A stretch of 63,804 nt of DNA, counting the filler. It is 14 parts of 14 records of this genome, joined end to end, with 100 filler letters (N's around TTAATTAATTAA, not from the genome) between each part and the next. Parts side by side here need not be neighbours in the genome. Positions count along the whole stretch, not along the records: positions 10,531 to 15,085 come from SRR15195285_775; positions 15,186 to 22,662 come from SRR15195285_780; 12 more parts are not named here. One strand, given 5' to 3'. Position numbers and translations under genes: made by a program. Of this stretch, positions 10,782 through 21,562 are shown one piece after another. Below the pieces are notes generated by a model. It was given only the letters and a program-made list of their open reading frames with translations. It did no database searches and was not told where the DNA came from. The stretch's first letter is position 1. Each line of letters opens with the position of its first letter.

Positions 10782-13607
10782 ATGCGGGGCGCATTTGCCT
10801 GGGGCTGGGCGTTCTGTCTCTGCTGCGTGCTGAGCAACCCCGTGGGAGTGCCCGGCGCTGCAGCCACACCCGCAGGGATTGATGACAGTGAGCATGCGCC
10901 GCCAACCCCAATGGTGGCTGAGCCGCCCAGCACGCTACTCACCCCGGGCGCCACGACACTGCCTCTGAAGCTCACGACGGCGCAATCGACGACCTGCAAG
11001 TGGGGACTGGATGACGTGCCGTTTGGAGCCTTGCCACACACGTTCGTGGGCACTGGCAGCACCTCGCACAGCACCACCCTCACGGGGCTGTCTGGGACGC
11101 TGGAGCTCACCACGGTGTACGTGCGCTGCGCCACCTACTCGGAGGCTCTCACACTAGTCTACCGCAGTCTGCCCAACACCAAGGCGACGCCCTTTCCACG
11201 GCTCGGCAATCTTTGGGGCAGCGCCAACTTCAAGGGGCACCCTGAAGGCCTCGCGTACGCAGCAAAGAGAGCCTCCCTGTGGCTGGGCTCGGACTGGACC
11301 GCAGCAGAGATCGCAGAGCTGCGCAAATACAACCCCGGGTCGATCGTTCTGACCTCGATCAACGCCTGCGAAACGACCCGCCAGGATCTGCCGGATGACT
11401 ACTACCTCACAAATGTTACGCGGCCTGCCACTACGAAAGGGCGGCTGCAGTCCTGGCCCGGGGCGTGGCGGCTCGATCTGACGAATCCAGCAGTGCAAAA
11501 GATGCAGGCTCAGCTCATGTACGGGCTAGTTGTGTACGGTGGCGAGGAAGGTCACCCTGTCAACGGCAGCGGCCCTGCGCCGCTGACCTACGACGGTCTC
11601 TTCGTGGACAACGTGTTTATGGATGATGGTGCAGGGGTGAACAGGCAAGACATCTTCCACAATAACTTCATCCCGGCCGACCCCGTCACCGGCAAGCCAA
11701 TCCCCGACTTTAGCGAGCGCTGGCGCAGCGGGATGGTGGCAGAGCTGCAGATGTTCCGCGAGATGATGCCACACGCACTGATGGACGGACACGCGATGCA
11801 TCTCGAGGACGCCAACATCAGCGCCAGCTTCAACGCCATCTCCATCGGATTCACCACCCCAGAGATCATCGAAGGCCGACAATCATTTGCCGAGGGGTTT
11901 AAGATGTATCAGGACTGGATGACGCTACCACAGCGTGAGCCACACATTACAATGGTGGAGTCAGCCGTGCGCTTTCAGATTGGCTATGGCTATGGCTTTG
12001 GGCATAATCTCACAGTGCAAATTTCCAAAGATTGCGAGAATAGCAACTCGGTCGCTGGCGCGCCCACCCCCGCCATTGGCGACGCGTGCTCAAACCCTGT
12101 GGCTGCAGCGCCAGGGTTCCTCAGCCCTGAGACGTATCTTTTCTCGCGTTCAGAGTATCAGTACATGCGGTTCGGCCTTGGCTTTACGCTCATGAACGAT
12201 GGTTACTACACCCATGAGCTTGGTGACTCATGGCACGGCATGGACTGGGACTACGATGAACTTCGCTTCAACCTCGGTCTCGCGACGAGCAACGCCTCCA
12301 TGGTCGGCGACGCCAACCCACCACCATTGCTCCCATCAATCCCGCTGCGGCCCAGCACATGGTCGCTCTTTGTGGATCAGCGGACAGCTCCACCAGGACT
12401 CGCCAACCTGACTCAGGATTCAACGGAGAAGCCTATGGCTCACTCACCACCCTCACAGCGTATCGATATTGCGAAAAACGCCCCGAACATAGACGGCATA
12501 GACCTGCAGCAGAATGGACTAACCTTCCACACCGGTGGCTATCAGCTGAGCTTCTGGGCTAAGTCTAGCAAGAACAAAACCCCCGTGACCCTTGACACAA
12601 GAAAACAATCGTCTCCCTGGACAGGCTTCGGATTGATGAAGCAGATCTACCTGACTACAGCCTGGGCGCAGTACAACGTGACCTTCGTCTCGCCAGCCAA
12701 CAGCACGGAGGCTCGGCTGTCTTACTACCTTGGCTTTGTGCCAGGAGACACGACGGTGTGGATCAGCACGGCCATGCTGGCAGGCACCGATGTCCCGCCA
12801 CCGATCATGCGGCGTGAGTTTGAGTGTGGTGTTGTCCTCCTCAACGGTGATACACTGCCACACACAATCGCTGCCGGCTCCGGCCTGAAGCGGCTGACGG
12901 GACAGCAGGCACCACGCTACCAGTACTTTGTCGATGATAACTCGAGCGCGTTCAAGCCCAGCAGCAGCAGCGTGTGGGTGTGGGGTAACTTCAACAGCGG
13001 GTACAAAGGAGGGGGCAGCGAGGAGGTTCGCCCGGTAGACGGGTTCTATCACCACTGGGAGCGTGGCGCACATACTGCACCAGCGGGTAGCAGCGCCACC
13101 TTTGACTTGCAAATTCCAGCGACGGGGAAGTACAGCCTGAAGATGTGGTGGCCAGCAGCTGTGCCAGCGCGCGCAGGCTGGTCCACAGCAATGGTGGTGA
13201 GTGTTTCGAGCGGCGGTGCCACTGCTAGCGGCAGCAGTGGCGCAACTACTAGCAGCAGTACCGGCAGGAGCACAGTCGTAGCCTCGTTGCCAGTAGATCT
13301 GAGAAAAGATGGTGGAGACATGTGGTATACGGTCGCGAAGTCCGTCCAGCTTGCAGCGGGTGATTCGACACTCACAATCAGCTGCCCATCAAGCATCAGC
13401 GGTGGCGGTGGGGGGGGCATGTGCGTAGCTGATGCTGTGCTGGTGGAGAGCGAGGTGCGATGGAATGATGGTTTGGCAGTAGTCAACAATGAGCATGAGG
13501 TTGAGAGCGGGAGTGATAGTGGTGGCGGGGTTGCGCTGCAAAGCATGGATGCGATCGTCCTCGCACGGACAAACCCACCGTCACATTGCGGCAGCAGTAG
13601 CGTCTGA
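10782..13607 (+). CDS. secreted putative glycoside hydrolase (GHL15-like TIM barrel) with CBM4/9-like and C-terminal beta-sandwich modules
   Basis: Signal peptide MRGAFAWGWAFCLCCVL; LDLTNPAVQ...YDGLFVDN; MRFGLGFTLMNDGYY; WDYDEL; CBM4/9-like YQLSFWAKS...LTTAWAQYNVTF; RREFECGVVLLN; golvesin/CBM-like ATFDLQIPATGKYSLKMWW...VADAV. Single intronless ORF. Confidence 0.65.
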   Translation: MRGAFAWGWAFCLCCVLSNPVGVPGAAATPAGIDDSEHAPPTPMVAEPPSTLLTPGATTLPLKLTTAQSTTCKWGLDDVPFGALPHTFVGTGSTSHSTTLTGLSGTLELTTVYVRCATYSEALTLVYRSLPNTKATPFPRLGNLWGSANFKGHPEGLAYAAKRASLWLGSDWTAAEIAELRKYNPGSIVLTSINACETTRQDLPDDYYLTNVTRPATTKGRLQSWPGAWRLDLTNPAVQKMQAQLMYGLVVYGGEEGHPVNGSGPAPLTYDGLFVDNVFMDDGAGVNRQDIFHNNFIPADPVTGKPIPDFSERWRSGMVAELQMFREMMPHALMDGHAMHLEDANISASFNAISIGFTTPEIIEGRQSFAEGFKMYQDWMTLPQREPHITMVESAVRFQIGYGYGFGHNLTVQISKDCENSNSVAGAPTPAIGDACSNPVAAAPGFLSPETYLFSRSEYQYMRFGLGFTLMNDGYYTHELGDSWHGMDWDYDELRFNLGLATSNASMVGDANPPPLLPSIPLRPSTWSLFVDQRTAPPGLANLTQDSTEKPMAHSPPSQRIDIAKNAPNIDGIDLQQNGLTFHTGGYQLSFWAKSSKNKTPVTLDTRKQSSPWTGFGLMKQIYLTTAWAQYNVTFVSPANSTEARLSYYLGFVPGDTTVWISTAMLAGTDVPPPIMRREFECGVVLLNGDTLPHTIAAGSGLKRLTGQQAPRYQYFVDDNSSAFKPSSSSVWVWGNFNSGYKGGGSEEVRPVDGFYHHWERGAHTAPAGSSATFDLQIPATGKYSLKMWWPAAVPARAGWSTAMVVSVSSGGATASGSSGATTSSSTGRSTVVASLPVDLRKDGGDMWYTVAKSVQLAAGDSTLTISCPSSISGGGGGGMCVADAVLVESEVRWNDGLAVVNNEHEVESGSDSGGGVALQSMDAIVLARTNPPSHCGSSSV

Positions 13608-13930
13608 TGTAGTTGCGCTGTTGAAGTGGCCCGGACTCACGCTACCAGTTGCCTTGACCGTCACGGGATCTGGCTAACTGTGAGAACCAAAAATAATGAA
13701 CCATTGACAAGTTTCCATCTACCACTTTGCAGCTGCCCGACCCTCGGGCAGAACTATCCACAATGTTCCAGTGTTCGGGATCGGAAGGCAACCAAAGTTT
13801 TTGCGTAGACCCGGGCAACAAAGTTCCTATCGGTAGGTAGCAGCCCACACAGCCGCGTCCGGGTCCGTGCGTGGCGATAGAGGTTAGGGTTATCAGCGAG
13901 TGTGCCGTCAGCGATTTTCAATTCGGGTCG

Positions 13931-15085
13931 CTAGTGGTGCATTTCCGCAGAGCGAGTGGGCTCGATCCCGATCGCAAACTCGCCTTCCCACTGGCCACCG
14001 TCCTCCAACACGGTGAGCCCATCGTGGTTGTTGAATGCGTTGGTTTCTGATGACATTGGCTCAACCGCCACGCCAACCACGTTGCCCGTGTAAACTTGCA
14101 CGTAGCGATAGCTCTTCCATAGCTCCAGCGTTAGCGTATCATCCGGGCCATCAAGGATACGCATCGTGAGGCTTGGGCAGTCGGGGACCGTCGCAATGTT
14201 TGTGAAGCCATCGTCCCAAATCATTGAGCCGTCAGAGTGAATGCACGCAGGACAGCCTTCGTGTGGGTCGGCGAGAGTATCAGAGCCATTGAAACCAAGG
14301 AAGCGACGCGCAAGGCCTGATGGCACCTGTATATCTGTCTGCGCCTGGCGGTTCCAGCCGCCGCCTGTGGATGCGCCACAACGGTCAAGCACGAGTTTTG
14401 CGCTCTGGAAACCTCCATGGAGCAGCTTGAAGTACGGGTGGCAGCCAGCCATAAACGGCAGGGCGCTGCCGTCATTGTTGTCGTTCCGTGCGCGCACTGC
14501 CACGTGCAGAGCGCCTTTATCGGTGAGAGTGTACGTGATATTGACGCTCAGCGTGTATGGATAGCCAGTGTCGCTGCCGTTGAACGCTACGCCGAGCGTC
14601 ACTGCGGCGTGCGTGGGGCTGATGTCCGTGGTGAGCAAGTCGAGCGGTCGGCCCTGTATGAGGAAGCCGTGCGACACCGTTGAGTTGTCGGTCGAAAGCT
14701 TCTGTTCGACGCCGTCAAAGGTGTACCGCCCGTGCGCGATCCGGTTGGCGAACGGGATCAGCATCGCTCCTAGAGAGGACGACCCCTGCAGCAGCGCGGC
14801 TGTGCAGCTGGTGGACCCCTTGACCTGCTCGTCGCTGTCGCAACGGCTGGCGATGACGTCGCGCGGCGGGGCGGCACACGCGCCCTCGCCCTCGCCTGTC
14901 TGCCCAGCTCGTTTGCAGACCTTGACACGCTCGATCTTGCCACCCCAGCTCTGCAGGATCTCCACCGTCTCGCCCGTCACGTTGTTCGCCAGCACTTGCA
15001 TCTTCACATCTGGTGAGCCCGGGAACACTCGCTCGCTCACGCTGAAGGGGCTAATGGCAACGCTGCTGCTGCTGCTGCTGCTGCT
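13931..15085 (-). CDS. galM: aldose 1-epimerase (galactose mutarotase), 5' truncated
   Basis: LIPFANRIAHGRYTFDG, HGF, GYPY, GCHPYF (catalytic His), WDDGF, YVQVYTG, AVEPMS (catalytic Glu). Confidence 0.92.
   Translation of the reverse strand, partial: SSSSSSSSVAISPFSVSERVFPGSPDVKMQVLANNVTGETVEILQSWGGKIERVKVCKRAGQTGEGEGACAAPPRDVIASRCDSDEQVKGSTSCTAALLQGSSSLGAMLIPFANRIAHGRYTFDGVEQKLSTDNSTVSHGFLIQGRPLDLLTTDISPTHAAVTLGVAFNGSDTGYPYTLSVNITYTLTDKGALHVAVRARNDNNDGSALPFMAGCHPYFKLLHGGFQSAKLVLDRCGASTGGGWNRQAQTDIQVPSGLARRFLGFNGSDTLADPHEGCPACIHSDGSMIWDDGFTNIATVPDCPSLTMRILDGPDDTLTLELWKSYRYVQVYTGNVVGVAVEPMSSETNAFNNHDGLTVLEDGGQWEGEFAIGIEPTRSAEMHH
15062..15085 (+). repeat. (CTG)n microsatellite at contig end
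   Basis: gctgctgctgctg... abutting the linker. Confidence 0.9.
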
Positions 15086-15185
15086 NNNNNNNNNNNNNNN
15101 NNNNNNNNNNNNNNNNNNNNNNNNNNNNNTTAATTAATTAANNNNNNNNNNNNNNNNNNNNNNNNNNNNNNNNNNNNNNNNNNNN
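15086..15185. other. artificial contig linker
   Basis: 44 N + TTAATTAATTAA + 44 N. Confidence 0.99.
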
Positions 15186-15276
15186 CAGAAAAGCTGGTTG
15201 TGTGCACAGGCCGTGCCGGAGGACATAGCCGAAGACGACGTGCGTCTGCTGAAGTGGAACCATTACGAAGCTAGAC

Positions 15277-17462
15277 ATGTACCTGTTGATTTCTACAGCG
15301 ACACCCCGATCAGTGCGCACCCTTCTTGCCAACCAAGCCGCTGAAGCCGTTCTCAGTGGCTGCAGCCCATTGACGGTTGTGCGTCCGATCACAGGCAAAT
15401 GTGAGATCGGGTACAATACTGATCTTGTGCTGGAGACGCGAGCAGCCGGTGAGGACAAGCCACACACATGTCCAGCTCTGCGGATATCGTACCTGACTGC
15501 TATGCATTTCCCTGCAGGCGATGGCTGGCCAGAAATGCTCGAGATTGGCAGTGGTATCTCAGCAACTACGTACGATAGGCAGTACGTTGTTCGCATGGCA
15601 CTATTCGATAGCTCGGCTGGGCAGCTGGACGAGAGAGGCTGGACTGACATTGTGCTCAGGCTCGGCACGACAGTCGGTGACCTGAGGGCAGCTGCGAACG
15701 AGCTGTACGGGTTAGACTCAGAGAATCTAATCCTAGTCAAAGTCGACGTGCATGCAGTGGAAGAGTTTCTGATGCCTGACGACACCAGCGTGCGCAACTC
15801 GCGGCCTGGAATTTACTCTAATGGGAGTTTAATCGTCGCTCGAGACACACGGTTGGAAGGTGGAAAGTCGCAGGTTGCCGCACTGAAGGCAGCGCTGAGT
15901 GAGGAGGTACGTTCCGACGAGCGACACACTTGTACGGTCTCACAGCATGTATCTGACAATGAGTCTTCGAGAAAGATTTTGCCGCATAGTCTCGCTACCG
16001 TGTAGAGATTGGGGTCCTGACCATGTATCTGGGTTGCAATGCAGTCAACAGAATCACAGGTGTTCTTTTCGGAAGTTGGAGGATCAACTTATGCGCACAA
16101 ACTAGTTGTATCTAGTAGCATTTCGGTCTCGGCGCTGACAGCCCAGGTGGCAGCGGTGCTCGGCAAACCTTCCGATGAGATCAAGCTGTATGCTACCGCT
16201 GTTCAGTGATCTGCTCGCGACCCTGTCATTGCCGATCCATTGCACCGCACATATGACGATAAACGACGGCTATGCTGACGCCCATTCGTGTGTACTACTT
16301 TGCTTCCACGCAATGTGATGTGTCCCTACAGGTACGACGACAATCGTGAGCTCTACGGCTACTCTCTTGACCGACGCGTTGCACTTTTAGTCAAGGCTGT
16401 GGAGAGGGGTGGTGCCTCTCACCAGGTCCCGATTCATGCATTCAATGGTGATCGTGACGGTGGAGAGTATCTGCTTGACATGACAGTCCAGGAGGATATC
16501 ATGATCACAGAATTCAAGCAGAAGCTTGCAGACAGGCTTCGGGAAGACGGCCCGGAGGCATTCCGTGAGTGCACCGGGGAGCATCTGCGGGTGCGTGAGT
16601 GTGGATATTCGGTGTTTATGGATGATCAGACGGTGATTGAGGCTGTCAAAAACTTTGCTGGAGGAGAGCGATTTGCAGTGTCGATCATTGATGGTCCAGA
16701 GACGAAGACTGATTCCTCTCAGGGTGTACTTTCACTGTGAGCGTGCTCTTTCTGTACCACTATCGCTTGCCAATACCTCTCGTGTTGTTTGCTGATCTCG
16801 CGCTTGCGGCTGTAATGATTCGAACACAGAATGCGATGGAACCCGTCAACCTTTACCGTGACTGAGGAGCCGTTGGAGGTTGTCTGCGAATCTTCTACCA
16901 CGTTTGATGAGCTGCGGATACTCATCGCCAACGCTGTACAGCTGGGTGATGACGAACACGGTTCAACAGACATTGCCCACATTGGGGTAACGAAACGCGG
17001 GTGGCGAATGGACAGTGTGCTTGATGTTCCCGGCCTTGCATGGGATGCTGACCGGGAGGACCCTGATAAGATGGACGCGTACGGACGCGCAGCGACGTCC
17101 GACATTGGCTTCATCTCGGATGGTGACGTGTTCTTATACCAAGACAATCGTGAGGAGCTGAAGGAATTAACTGAAGAGGAGAGAAAAAAACTCAAGACCG
17201 AGAGCCGGGCCAAGGCGAAGGTCGGCGCAAGCCAGGAGACGGTGCGCATGAAGTACCTTCGTCAGAACGACACAGTCAGACCATGGGCAGACCATTCGAC
17301 TAGCTTTTCGCCTGCATTTCGCAACACCTCATGGCTCATGACATCTGTGGCGGTGCGTTTCTGTTGATCCAGGGAGTTAAAATCAAAATTGCGCAGGGTC
17401 CATCTACACCGAAGGGCGAGGGAAGTAGCGAGGCTACGGTACCTGCGATGACCGCGAACTGA
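15277..17462 (+). CDS. USP47-like ubiquitin-specific protease, C-terminal UBL-repeat region (multi-exon, 5' truncated)
   Basis: RWNPSTFTV..EPLEV; DGDVFLYQDNREELKELTEEERKKL resembles the USP47 C-terminus [25 protein letters not shown]; last exon GVKIKI (17373-17462); repeated UBL-like segments. The catalytic domain is not in the contig. Confidence 0.7.
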
Positions 17463-17728
17463 CTCTGGCTCGCTTTTGTCAAAGTCACCTAATGCATAAT
17501 TGCCTCTCTAGAAAATTCTATGGGCGCCGCCGCGTAATGACTGTCTATTGCACCGTGTGTTCTCCCCAAGCGTAATGCCTCTGCAGTGGCGTGTGTAGCT
17601 GACCTTATGGGTATCCCCTTCACTGGGGTTTGTGATTGGAAAGACACAAAGCTCAATGTCTGGTTTCCGAGTTAATCAAAGAGGTGAATCATTGTGCATT
17701 CCTGTTGCGAACGTCCATCTCGTTTGTC

Positions 17729-20700
17729 TCACATAGCAGCTGTAGAATCTGCGTCAGTTTTGTACGCCACCCAGCAGCAAGAAACATGCTGTGCGACGCG
17801 GCGAGTCGTCGACCGACTGAGCATCGAAGTTCGTCGAAGTTCTTGAACCCGTCGTTTCTCCGCCAGCTGCTCCACCCCACGCCGCATCGGCCTGAACATC
17901 GCCTCTCGCTTCTTCTGCAACGCCACCAGCTCGTCCATTGGGGTGTCACGGATGATTGACAACACCCGCTTCGCCAACGGGTGATCTGTGCGATGAAGCA
18001 AGATTCGCATGACTGCGAGCAGCGGCACGGCAAGAATCGCTCCGGGCAGCCCCCACATCGCAGAGTATAACACCAGGGCAAGAAGGATCGAGATTGGGGA
18101 CAGGTTGAGCGTTGAACCAAAGAGCACTGGTTCCAAGACGTTCCCGACGAAGCCTTGGACTATGGTTGGAATCATAATCGCGAAAATCTTCGTGGTCGTA
18201 GTGAGTCCATCACTGGCCATTCGTCGCATGTGCTGTCAGCCAGTAATTTTTACCAATGCTATAGTACAAATCGAACGAAGCAGGGACGTACTCCACGAGT
18301 ATAATCGGGATTGGCAACACAATCGCAATCAATGAGCCGATGTTGGGGATGAAGTTAAGCAAGAAGGTGAACACCCCAAACACAACCTATGCGCAATGCC
18401 AAAACGCGCACTCTGTCGATTAAGAAGTGATGCGCAACAGCCGCGGCTGAGGTGGCTTGCCAATCCCTTACAGTCAACCTTACGTTGCAGACCAAAAACG
18501 TTCCGACGACCAGTACGGCTGTGAGCGCGGAGATCGTTGTTTTCAGGTATATGTAACTTTGCATTGTGACATGGATCTCTTCCGCCGCAGTTAGAGTGTG
18601 AAGTAAATCTTTGCGCTTCATCTTGATCTGTTCAAGACGATATTCCAACGGTGTCCTCTCCGCCAGCATGTAGACCAGCAATAGAAACATTACCATTGCG
18701 TCATTTCCTACGCAGAACGACAGAGTATGGAGGTTATCACACCTGAAAGAAGCAAGTCTATGCCAGGCTCAACACGCATGCCGGTCACCGAATGTGAAGT
18801 AGCCACCATATTGGGCCTGCAACTCCGCAATGGTGACGACAGACGTCGTCGTGTTGGCGAGCCCGTACTCCGTCTCGAATTGCTGGAGCTCCTCAACCGT
18901 TACACCGAGCGCCCACTCAACCTCTTTGGCAATCGCACCCCCCAGCTCTTGAACCCGCAAGACAAACTCGTCGTCGTTGCCGAGGTCAATGATCTCCGCC
19001 GCACACCGCCCTAGAACCCGTATGGCCATGTATCACATCCATGGGCGTGAGCATTGCATCCGATCTGAAACACTAGTTGTTCCAGCACAGTGTCGCAGAG
19101 GGAAGGGGACAACGCCAGTTTTCGCAGAGTCGCATGTACCCACCCAAAATAATGCCAATTCCGCCGAAGAAGATTGTCAATGCAAGTAGCATTGCTATCC
19201 AGTGTGGCACTTTGCCCAGCATGAATAAATCTGTCACAGTCTGACATAGCATGGGCATCGACGTGTGCTCATGACACAAGAGCTTGCCCTTCAGGTAGCA
19301 TGCTATGCAAGCCCTCGAGCGCTTAAGTTTCACAGTTTCCACAATCTCATCTAGCTCTGCTAGTTCTGCCCGCATTGATTCCAACTTAATGGACCTTGCT
19401 CGCTCCACCTCAGCAATAGGTTGAGCATGGCAGCAGCGGAAAAACTTTACTCCCTCGCGACCTGGGTCCCGGATCGGGCTCTCCCTTGGCGTACACAATG
19501 CCCGACCTGCACGCAAGAAAAACCAGCAGGCGCGCCATCATTGTCAAGCGTGAGTAGTATGGCTCAAATGGCTATATCAGCTAAGGACTCAGGGGGTGAG
19601 TGGTCCATGAACCGGTAAAGCAGTGTCATCATGCACGCGGTGCACAGCGAACCGAAGAGGACCAGGGGTCTTTGCTCCAACATGTCCAGAATCGGGCCAA
19701 TCAGAAAGGAAAAAAACCAGGCCATCGTGAGTGGCACGAGGACGAAGTGGAAGTACGCAGCTCCAACAATGAGGATCGCAGAGGCGCAAATAATGAGGCA
19801 GAGATGTGCAATCCAGGCGGAGTCGTTCAGCGAGTCGGGTACTGCCACAGTATAAATTGGCTGTAATTAAAACAATTTCGCAAGAGGCGAAAACAGTGTA
19901 AATTGCGACTCACACGGAGCGAGCGAGGTTCTATCGACACGCCTTAGGGCATCCCCTGTGAAAGCGTGCTCATCAGAGTGCAAAGAGTCGATGTAGGTGA
20001 TCAGCTCAACCCTGCAGCGCAGCAAGTTCATATAAGACATGGTTGATGATCTAGAGGCGACGAGTGGTTTTGCCTGCTACCTACCAGTCAACTCGGTAGT
20101 TCCGTTTGGCGTCAATATCCCTGAAAAGCCATGTCAGATGCTCTGAGGCTGTGGGTCGGTGACCCGACATGGTGTAAAAAGTGCTGGCGTTACTACTGCT
20201 GCTGTTGCTCCGATGCTCCTCTCGCACCGCATCGATATGCTGTTTTTCTGCGATCCCAAGGCTCTCGAAGAATTCCACTATTTCGACTTCGTTTAGATAT
20301 TTCTTGTCGCCAGCTTTCTGTTGGCACTTCTTGAATTCATACTCGATAGCAGCGACCGCGTCCTCTGTCAGGTTAGCGAAACCAGGTGCAGGCAATGGCT
20401 TCATAGGTCCGACGGTTGCCAAGGTGCGCTGCTCCTGTGCCAGGCTTACTCGCACAGTGAGTGGCAGGGGTGGGTCTTGCGCCTTCAGTAGCTCGTCGAA
20501 GTTTGCCTCGCTCCACAGGCTCAGCGCTTCAGTAGTAATCGCGGGGCGTCCAGCCTGCTTTTCTACCCTCGACAGCGCTTCGGCTAGCTCGCGCAGCGTA
20601 CTGGGAGATGCGGTGGAGGATCGTTGCGTCGGAGAACCAGGTGGCGCGATATTGCGCGAGGACGGCGGCGACCAGGGAGATTGTTCTGGCTCTACCGGGG

Positions 20701-20860
20701 GTTCCCCCTCGCCCGCCTCTACTTTCCCCCCACCATCGTCGTCCTCGAGCTGCTGGGCGCCGTCTACATGCTCCTTCAACTCCAGGCTGAGTTTCATAGT
20801 CGGTTGTGACTCCGCCGCCGTCGTCCCTGCAGGCTCTGGCTCAGCTGCTGTGTCCGCCAT
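17729..20860 (-). CDS. AI-2E (PerM/TqsA-like) family transporter with N-terminal EF-hand region (multi-exon; 3' end approximate)
   Basis: VLVPLTMAWFFSFLIGPILDML; MQSYIYLKTTISALTA; FLLNFIPNIGSLIA (exon near 18290-18385); GNVLEPVLFGSTLNLSPISILLALVLYSAMWGLPGAILAVPL. N-terminal FRDIDAKRNYRVDW|VEL EF-hand-like loop. Confidence 0.85.
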
Positions 20861-21054
20861 CGTGTGTACTGTACAGCTTTCGCTGGACTTAAAATTGGAT
20901 ACAGGGGCGTACCCGCGCGCGTCTTCCTAGACTACGGGCCCGCACGCGTTAGCGCTGGGCCACGACACGATGAGCCACTGCTGGTGTGATGGACGTACAC
21001 AGTGCCGTCACCCATAATTATTGCATGCTCTCGGGCGGCTAGTCGCGAGACGTG

Positions 21055-21180
21055 TGTACACTGCATGTACGGCGCGCCGGATCCCTACACATACTAGTAC
21101 TGTACACGTACTGTACCGGTACAGTACTAGATCTAGTAGTGAACACACAACCCGCGCCGGTACGGTATTATTCGAATATG
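21055..21180. promoter_or_regulatory. GTAC/CTAG-rich palindromic tract in a divergent promoter region
   Basis: Perfect 20-bp palindrome GTACTGTACCGGTACAGTAC (21108-21127), TACTAGATCTAGTA (21125-21138) and TATTCGAATA (21169-21178), lying between two divergent genes. Regulatory role is inferred. Confidence 0.5.
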
Positions 21181-21562
21181 TTGCCGTTGTCGATTATGGG
21201 ACAACGCATGGAACCGCGCCCGCGCGTGTACTGTGATGCACGGACGGGACGAGACATCAACTGAGCCGTGAGCGTACCGCCGGCGCGGGTGCCATCAATT
21301 CACTCTCGATCAGTTTCTCGCTGCACACGCCCGCACCAGGCGTTCCGGGGTGTGCGGCGTTCGTTCTCTACGGGCGCGGATTTTTCGTTTCGTCAGAATT
21401 GCAATGCACTGATGTTCATGACGGCACGACTGCGCTGATAATCCGCGCCCAAACCCCAGTGCCCAGATCCGGAACATCTCAGAACGGGCGGCCTGGCATG
21501 GGTCTGCTTCAATCGATTCAGTACTACGTGACGAGGATGTGCCCGGTGGCGATGCCCGCAGC

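Noticed and set aside
21055-21180. CRISPR array or MITE interpretation of the palindromic tracts
   Set aside because: No constant repeat-spacer periodicity, no terminal inverted repeats with target-site duplications, no cas or transposase genes.
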